20,000 nucleotides of DNA, taken from IMG/VR virus record IMGVR_UViG_3300049255_000219; one strand, given 5' to 3'. Positions 14,203 through 20,000 of the stretch are shown piece by piece (position 1 is the first letter of the stretch; each line of letters opens with the position of its first letter). Source of the DNA: an uncultured virus (IMG/VR IMGVR_UViG_3300049255_000219). Lineage: Duplodnaviria > Heunggongvirae > Uroviricota > Caudoviricetes. The notes under the pieces were generated by a model, which ran no database searches, had not been told where the DNA came from, and was given only the letters and a program-made list of their open reading frames with translations. A program made the position numbers and the translations under genes.

Positions 14203-16307
14203 TGTTCAACACTCACACTGTTCGATCGCTTTTTCTTACTCAGCGACCACTTTCCATTGACTTCAACTGCCCCCAAAGCCAGGCTTCGCATTGCAATCGA
14301 CGGCATGGTGATGCCAGAAAGGCTCTGGTTTGCGCTCAACAGAGTTTGGATTACGGTGGAATAAATCTCGTCCGTTCGCGCTGGCCCGTGCTGAAGGCAA
14401 GCCAGCGCTGCCTTGTCGATAAGCGCTGTCGAGGCCAATTTAGTGTGATCTAGTATCTTGGCCACTCCAGTCCGATGTTTCATCGTAATGAGAAGGTCAA
14501 ACGTCGTCACAATTTCTTTTCCAGTCACACCTTTGACACCTTTGATTGAAGGCTGCCCCTTATCCAGGATATGTACGCTGGTCGTCTCCAGATCTGCGGT
14601 GGCGATAGCTTTTTGAATTTCTAACCACACGCGGTCATCGGAATTTGAAAACGCTAAAACGCCATATCCATCTGGACTCAGCACTCGAGCAACCTCGGAG
14701 AATGCTTTGGCCATTAATACGCCGTAGTCGTCCAGGGTCTTACCTCCGCCGACACGGCCACGGCTCTTGTTTACCACAATTTCTTCCGTATTGTCTGTAA
14801 GGGAACCTAACCACGCTTCCCAAAGAATGGAACTATCGGCATAAAAAATATTTGACCCGAATGGGGGATCCATAAAAACCATGGGAATCGAGCCATCGGG
14901 GATACACGACAGGTCAGTTGCGGATCGATTCATAACTTGTACAGTTGCAGAAGTCGCTGGAAAGCTAGCAAAATAGCGCTTTACATCCGCAGCCTTTCGG
15001 CGAAACAGACTCCAGACGTTCCACTCGTACCGCAATGACGATATATAAAGCGTTCCGGTCATTACGTTTGTTGGTCGCTTAGCGTTCCATTGATATCGTC
15101 GCGAAGCTCGATTGACGCAAGCGGTAAAAGCAAACATCAATGCTTCGCGAACACGCCCTTCCGAAACAGAGATGATAGTGTGGCGCAATGCGGCCAACGC
15201 GTGCAGGTTACGTCGCGTGAAAAACAGACTGACTTCGGTGATTCCCATCGCAAGATGCGAGGCGCGCCACATTTCACGCTCCGAGCCAAACGGGACGTGC
15301 GGCACCCAGTATGGAATTGGCGTTGCGTTTGCTTCGGCGATCAGATCCAACTCGTCGTCGGTAGGATCGTGCGATTTGATACGCGTGGAACCCTCCGAAA
15401 CGTGCGTCTGAACTGGCTTTTCCGCCAACCACTTTAAGTCGGCCTTGCGAACGTAAGCTTGGCAATGTGGGCAAGTCATGCCTTTGGCATCAGTGGCACC
15501 CGCAGTTTGCACGACTTCCCAGTACAGTATGCTGCCTGCACACTCGCAGCATTGGAAAACATCACTCCACGTCGTGTATTCGATATTCTGGCCCGCCTGC
15601 CTAATTGGGTTGTAAAGCCACCGCATAGTCGATGCCACGGCTTTTTCCACTTTGTCCATGGCGGACTGGAATTCCTCCGGCGAGCAGGGCGTATTATAGT
15701 TGCGAGAAATGTGCACAGCAGCCGGAGAGAGGTCGGACAAAATCGCACTCCGACCCATAGTAAGCGCCGCTACGCCCGTCATACCTGAACCGGAAAACAG
15801 GTCAAGTACGACGTCGCCTGGCTGGCTAAGAGCTTCGATAAAAGGGGTGATTGCCTCTGGCGGCACCTTGGTATGATAGCTATGCGCTCTGTACGACGAT
15901 TTTGTCTTAGTAACAGTAATGCGCTCCGGAATTCGCTCGGGAGAAATTTGTGTTGTGCGAGGGGAAATAGGCGGTAATGCATCAGTTAAATTGGTCGGAT
16001 ATATGACAGCATGCTGCTCCACTTGTTGGCGCACTGTGGCGGTGACGGTTGCTGCGTCTGTATCGACAATTTGTCGAACATCATTGGGGAGGCGCCCCGC
16101 GCTCAGCAACAACAAATCAGTTGGAATTCCTACGATGGCAGCCAGCTTCTGTGCCTGAATTTCTGTAAGTGGCCGCTCATCCGACTCCACGTAGCTCATG
16201 TACGCTTTTGATACCCCTAAAGCTAGACCCACCTCTTCCAACGAGAGTCCCATGGCCTTTCGACGCGCTTTGATAGCCTTACCAGCAGCCCAAGTCTTCG
16301 TTGTCAT
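14199..16307 (-). CDS. XRE HTH-fused amino DNA methyltransferase M1 with Zn finger
   Basis: N-terminal HTH (IKARRKAMGLSLEEVGLALGVSKAYMSYVESDER), then AHSYHTKVPP, VLDLFSGSGMTG, CCEC...CPHC, MVFMDPPF. Collinear paralog of 12391..14202. Confidence 0.92.
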   Translation of the reverse strand: MTTKTWAAGKAIKARRKAMGLSLEEVGLALGVSKAYMSYVESDERPLTEIQAQKLAAIVGIPTDLLLLSAGRLPNDVRQIVDTDAATVTATVRQQVEQHAVIYPTNLTDALPPISPRTTQISPERIPERITVTKTKSSYRAHSYHTKVPPEAITPFIEALSQPGDVVLDLFSGSGMTGVAALTMGRSAILSDLSPAAVHISRNYNTPCSPEEFQSAMDKVEKAVASTMRWLYNPIRQAGQNIEYTTWSDVFQCCECAGSILYWEVVQTAGATDAKGMTCPHCQAYVRKADLKWLAEKPVQTHVSEGSTRIKSHDPTDDELDLIAEANATPIPYWVPHVPFGSEREMWRASHLAMGITEVSLFFTRRNLHALAALRHTIISVSEGRVREALMFAFTACVNRASRRYQWNAKRPTNVMTGTLYISSLRYEWNVWSLFRRKAADVKRYFASFPATSATVQVMNRSATDLSCIPDGSIPMVFMDPPFGSNIFYADSSILWEAWLGSLTDNTEEIVVNKSRGRVGGGKTLDDYGVLMAKAFSEVARVLSPDGYGVLAFSNSDDRVWLEIQKAIATADLETTSVHILDKGQPSIKGVKGVTGKEIVTTFDLLITMKHRTGVAKILDHTKLASTALIDKAALACLQHGPARTDEIYSTVIQTLLSANQSLSGITMPSIAMRSLALGAVEVNGKWSLSKKKRSNSVSVEH

Positions 16308-16343
16308 TTAGCATTCAGTTCTGCATCGTTTATCACGGTTCGC

Positions 16344-16373
16344 ATGTTAACAAAGATTGTTAACACTTGTCAC
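16344..16373 (-). promoter_or_regulatory. Sigma70 promoter of MTase operon overlapped by palindromic operator
   Basis: Minus strand: -35 GTGACA (16373-16368), 18-nt spacer, extended -10 TG-n-TAACAT (16349-16344). Inverted repeat TGTTAACAA-AGA-TTGTTAACA at 16345-16365. Confidence 0.65.
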
Positions 16374-16389
16374 GTCATTTTCATCGATT

Positions 16390-16409
16390 TACTGTTTTTT
16401 TATACAGTT
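16390..16409. promoter_or_regulatory. LexA (SOS) box
   Basis: TACTG-TTTTTTTATA-CAGTT matches the beta/gammaproteobacterial CTGT-N8-ACAG consensus. Confidence 0.8.
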
Positions 16410-16823
16410 AAATCGATATCGTACAAAATGTCCAACATTGCGGTGAATTTGATTCGATTCAGTTGGTGTGACGCCACACTTTTAAGGGGCCAGTGACCGA
16501 ATGCGTACCGCTGATCAGAGTGACTCACTCCGAGGCAAACAAAATATGCTGGGGAATTGGTTCAAGCATTGATTCTGGCACAAGAGCAAAGTACTCGCCT
16601 GCAAAAGATTTTTGCCATCACCGACAAAACTCTCCGCCCCAAGGATTGCGAATGTATGGTCTATCAGAACGATTCTCTTAACAAAGATGATCATATTAAT
16701 TGCTGATTGGAAACTTGAAAAGTGTGAAACGCACAACTAGTGCAGATTGACCACGAAGCAGTCGAAAATCCCCCCACTCACTGCACACATCAAATATAAC
16801 AATTGCTCATTTGCGCCCTCACT

Positions 16824-17705
16824 CTACTGATCCAACGCTGTTGTCTTGATAATCAATTCAAACTCGGCCACGACTTCGGGCTGCCGTTGCCGGAGATATC
16901 GGGCGACCGCGCCGTTCTCCAGCAGTTTTGTCAGGTAGCCCTTGGCGAGCACGAGATTTAACACGTCCTGCCCGTAAGTCTGCTCGACCATTTTGTACTG
17001 CCCTTGGAGGTTTGCCATTTCCCGCTCCATTTTCGCTATCTGCTCCTGCGACACGCCCGTCATTTTCTGCGGCTTTTTGCCTTCGACCAGCAGTTCGGCC
17101 GGCGTGGCCACCAGCATCGCTTCGGCATAAGCCGTCGTCACGGTATTCGCCGACACCATCAACTCGACACATTCCATCTGCCGCGTGGTTTTCATTTTTC
17201 GCAGCACGCGGGAAATCTCGGCAGAAAACTGCCGGTCCTTCAGCATTTCGGCTGCCTCGGGGCAGATTCCATCCAGCAAGGTCATTTTCTTGATGATATG
17301 GGTAACATCGACGCCGAGCGCCTTGGCGAGACGCTCGGGCGCAACGCCGCGCTCAATCGCCCGCCGAATCATGAAATGTTCCTGGATGGTCGACAACCGA
17401 TTGATCCGGCTATTGTAGGTATATCCCTCATCGTCTTTGGCCACCAGACATGGTGCGTCGGCATAGCCCATGTCGCTCAGTACAATCAGCCGGATATGCC
17501 CGTCGAGGAGCATGTGCTGAGACGATTTCTTGATTGCCGGGGTAATTGAAAGCGGTTCGATCAAGCCGACATCTTCGATCGACGAACGGATTTGTTTGAA
17601 TTTTCGCGACGTGGCCAACCCTTCCGGGACTTTACGGGACGGTAGGATGTTCACCAACGAAACAGACAGCGCGTCCATCGAGAACCCGAGGGCGATACCT
17701 GTCAT
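16824..17705 (-). CDS. ParB/RepB-like protein (second of pair)
   Basis: ParB N-domain IRSSIEDVGLIEPL...LLDGHIRL, then an HTH-like region and a RepB-type C-terminus. ATGA overlap with the upstream gene. Confidence 0.85.
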   Translation of the reverse strand: MTGIALGFSMDALSVSLVNILPSRKVPEGLATSRKFKQIRSSIEDVGLIEPLSITPAIKKSSQHMLLDGHIRLIVLSDMGYADAPCLVAKDDEGYTYNSRINRLSTIQEHFMIRRAIERGVAPERLAKALGVDVTHIIKKMTLLDGICPEAAEMLKDRQFSAEISRVLRKMKTTRQMECVELMVSANTVTTAYAEAMLVATPAELLVEGKKPQKMTGVSQEQIAKMEREMANLQGQYKMVEQTYGQDVLNLVLAKGYLTKLLENGAVARYLRQRQPEVVAEFELIIKTTALDQ

Positions 17706-18604
17706 GCCATGCTCCCGCCCGACCAGACCCGCTCGGCCAAATACTTCGGCAGGGTATCCAGCCCTTCGGCACGTAGCAGATTGGTAAAATTCTCGTCGGC
17801 AAGAAGTTCGCGTAACGCGCCAACTACAAAAAGCAGGCGTTGTTGCGCGAATTCCGCCTTTTTCACCATCAGTCGCTGCCGCTCGACTTCCTTCTGATAG
17901 GTTCTGACCAGACTGGACTGTGTTACGTCGACCGGTTTACGGGGTGTGCCGCGTGCAACGGAACGTCCAAGCGCGTGGCGACGTTCAATCACACGTCTGG
18001 CTTCGCGCAGGTGTTTGCCGCGCAATTTTCCGGATTCGTAGGCGTCCTGCAAAGCGGTCTGGACGGCTTTATCGTCATCGCCGGCACCCACGATTGTCAG
18101 GGCAGCATTCAGCGGAATTTTGCCTTTCTCAACCCCGACGATCAATCGCTCCTCTCCATGCTGGAGCAGCGTCAGAATGCCGTATACATATTCCGGTGTG
18201 AGGCCAGTTTTGGCAGCGATCGCCTTTTTGTCATAGCCCTGATCGCGCAACGTCACTATACCGGCAAGAATTTCCAGCGGGCGCCATTGACGGCGGGCGA
18301 TATTTTCCGCGAGGCTCATGATGAACGCGTCCTCATCACTGACTGCGACGACCAACGCCGGGATGGTGGTTTCGCCAGCAGATTTGAATGTTTTGAGGCG
18401 ACCCTCACCGCAAACAAGCAAATACCGCTCGACGCCGTCTTCACCGGCGCGCGGCGTTACGGTAATCGGCTTCTTGAGTCCGATCGCGTGGATATTGCCG
18501 GCGATTTCATCGAAGATCTTGCTGTTGCGTTCGCGTGGATTGTGAACGTCGATACGATCCACCGGGATCATGCGTAGCTCGCCCGTTTTAAGACTCTTGC
18601 TCAT
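17702..18604 (-). CDS. ParB/RepB/Spo0J-family protein
   Basis: NPRER...GLKKPITV...LVCGEGRL...SLAENIARR. RBS AAGGAGG. ATGA overlap with the recombinase. Confidence 0.88.
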   Translation of the reverse strand: MSKSLKTGELRMIPVDRIDVHNPRERNSKIFDEIAGNIHAIGLKKPITVTPRAGEDGVERYLLVCGEGRLKTFKSAGETTIPALVVAVSDEDAFIMSLAENIARRQWRPLEILAGIVTLRDQGYDKKAIAAKTGLTPEYVYGILTLLQHGEERLIVGVEKGKIPLNAALTIVGAGDDDKAVQTALQDAYESGKLRGKHLREARRVIERRHALGRSVARGTPRKPVDVTQSSLVRTYQKEVERQRLMVKKAEFAQQRLLFVVGALRELLADENFTNLLRAEGLDTLPKYLAERVWSGGSMA

Positions 18605-19849
18605 GCCACCCTCCTTAATCGCGTGCGTTCTGCCATTCCGTAGAGATAGTCCATGCTGTCGAAGCGGTAGCTCTCCAGCTCAATTGCATTCTGGTCCGCC
18701 AGGCTCAGGCGCGGCAGCCCGAAATCAAGCCGCGGCAACAGGTAGTAGTCAAGAGCGCTTTTGTTGTCATGGTCGAGACGCACCGCCACCGTGATATCGG
18801 GCAAGAGGCTGGCGTCTAATCTGATTTTCCAATGATGCCGGCCGGAGTCATGGGTCTGGCAACGCGCGAGCACGAGGGAAACGTTGAATTCGCCGTTCAC
18901 ATGCAGTAGATCGGTCGCAGGGTCGCGCATGACCTGGCCGCCCAACGCTGCGATTTGCTGTTCTGCCTGCGCCACGATGCCCGGATGCAAGCTGCGCAGG
19001 AAGCGATTCACTTCCAGATAGCGATAATCCCGGCCCGGGGTGAAGCCGACCATCTGATATGCCTTGACCAGGCTGCCGAAGCGGAATGCATACACCGACG
19101 ATGAGGGCATGCCATCCGTTTCATTAATGATGAGGCCGGAGAGGAGGCCACGATTCTTGTAAAGCGACCGGAGACGGTCAACCAGTTCTTCATTGGTGTA
19201 GCGCCGGGTTCGCGCCCTGATGATGCCCTGCGCCGTGTAAAAAATATCGGGCGGCACGATGGGTTCGAAGGCCCCTTCCTTCTTGATCCACATGTCGGGC
19301 GTGTTGATCACGCGAAGCTTTTTCAACTTGAAGGAAATCCGGTTGTAGACGTTGTTGCCGACATACTTCTCATTGATCAGCACCTGATGCACGGTAGCGC
19401 GAGTCCAGGCCCGGCCCAGATCGGTCAGCACGTTCATGCCGTTCAGGCGTGCGGCTATTTCGGATTCGACCAGTCCGTCGTCGATAAACCAGCGATAGAT
19501 CTGGCTGACGACGCGTATTTCGTCGTCCGGTCCGGGCATCAGAATCACGCGATCGGTCTGCAGGCTCTTGTGCTCGCCGCGAGCCAGTTCAGTCTTGATC
19601 GCGCCAGCCTGGTCGACCAGCACCCGGCGCAGGCCGTAGCCGGCCGGACCACCTTGCCGGAAACCGAGTTCGATCAGCCGGCACTGGCCGGCGAACACCT
19701 TGGCGGAAAGTTCCCGGCTATATTCGCCTGCCATCGCCCGCTTGACGCCCTTGACGATAGTGGAGACGGGCGAACCGTCATTCTCGAATTGCTCGGCGCA
19801 GTAGGCCACCTGGATGCCGGCACGTCGGCACCGATATTCGTAGTACGCG
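18601..19849 (-). pseudogene. Large serine recombinase, 5'-truncated/interrupted
   Basis: AYYEYRCRRAGIQVAYCAEQFENDGS...KRAMAGEYSRELSAKV...GGPAGYG, IAARLN...W....V..VL.NEKY.G and FEPIV recombinase-domain motifs. Recognisable sequence stops at about 19849 and an in-frame TAA follows shortly upstream. The catalytic YxRxS N-terminus is absent. Confidence 0.85.
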
Positions 19850-19962
19850 TTATGTGGCGCACCACATAACGCATATTATGTTGCGCCAGGAATTATGTGG
19901 TCCCGAAGCGCCCAAAGCTTAGCATTTAACGGCATCTCCGCTGATTGACACCACATAATTCC
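19847..19962. mobile_element. End of an inserted element with tyrosine-recombinase (dif-like/RIT-like) binding-site array
   Basis: Palindrome GCGTTATGTGG-CGCA-CCACATAACGC (19847-19872), dif-like CATAA-CGCATA-TTATGTT (19865-19882), and 13-bp inverted repeat GGAATTATGTGGT (19889-19901)/ACCACATAATTCC (19950-19962). It begins exactly where the recombinase breaks. Confidence 0.65.
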
Positions 19963-20000
19963 AGGAGTTTGCTGACAGATCCTTCCACTCCGGAGACCTG

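Larger units (their letters stand above)
8755..19849. mobile_element. Serine-recombinase/ParB-pair genomic island carrying defence cargo
   Basis: Visible drop in GC content from about 8700 to 16820, R-M-like cargo, and a coupled recombinase-parB-parB triad. Boundaries are approximate. Confidence 0.6.

Noticed and set aside
16493..16736. Short ORFs (16493..16681 +, 16515..16736 -) in the intergenic gap
   Set aside because: No clear RBS or recognisable motifs. Probably non-coding or a decayed remnant.
17840..18577. 245-aa + strand ORF (and similar antisense ORFs such as 6978..7712, 4593..5207)
   Set aside because: Antisense shadows of genes with clear family motifs.
19859..19886. Chromosomal dif site
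   Set aside because: Only the inner CATAA/TTATGTT bases match. The outer XerD arm is GCGC rather than AAAT, and the site lies within an array interrupting a gene.

Overview
The window has two parts. (1) About 1-8750 is the GC-rich, + strand late end of a prophage. It carries virion/tail-fibre genes (including an 8-repeat carbohydrate-binding-like protein), a strong intrinsic terminator and an unusual lysis cassette: coiled-coil TM protein, HNH-like protein, GH73 endolysin, an unannotated 2-TM holin candidate, a lipoprotein, a 119-aa protein and a translationally coupled patatin phospholipase. It ends with a C5-cytosine methyltransferase that has a very long multi-module variable region and a second protein nested in another frame. 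(2) About 8750-19850 is a lower-GC island. It carries an NxD-type McrB/DUF2357-McrC pair convergent with two paralogous Zn-finger DPPF amino-methyltransferases, one fused to an XRE HTH. The methylase promoter has a palindromic operator and a canonical LexA box. This is the best candidate for an undescribed LlaJI-like restriction-modification/defence system. It is followed by two ParB-like genes and a large serine recombinase whose 5' end is cut off by a dif-like/RIT-like tyrosine-recombinase site array at the window edge. All family calls come from motif recognition by eye; no searches were run.
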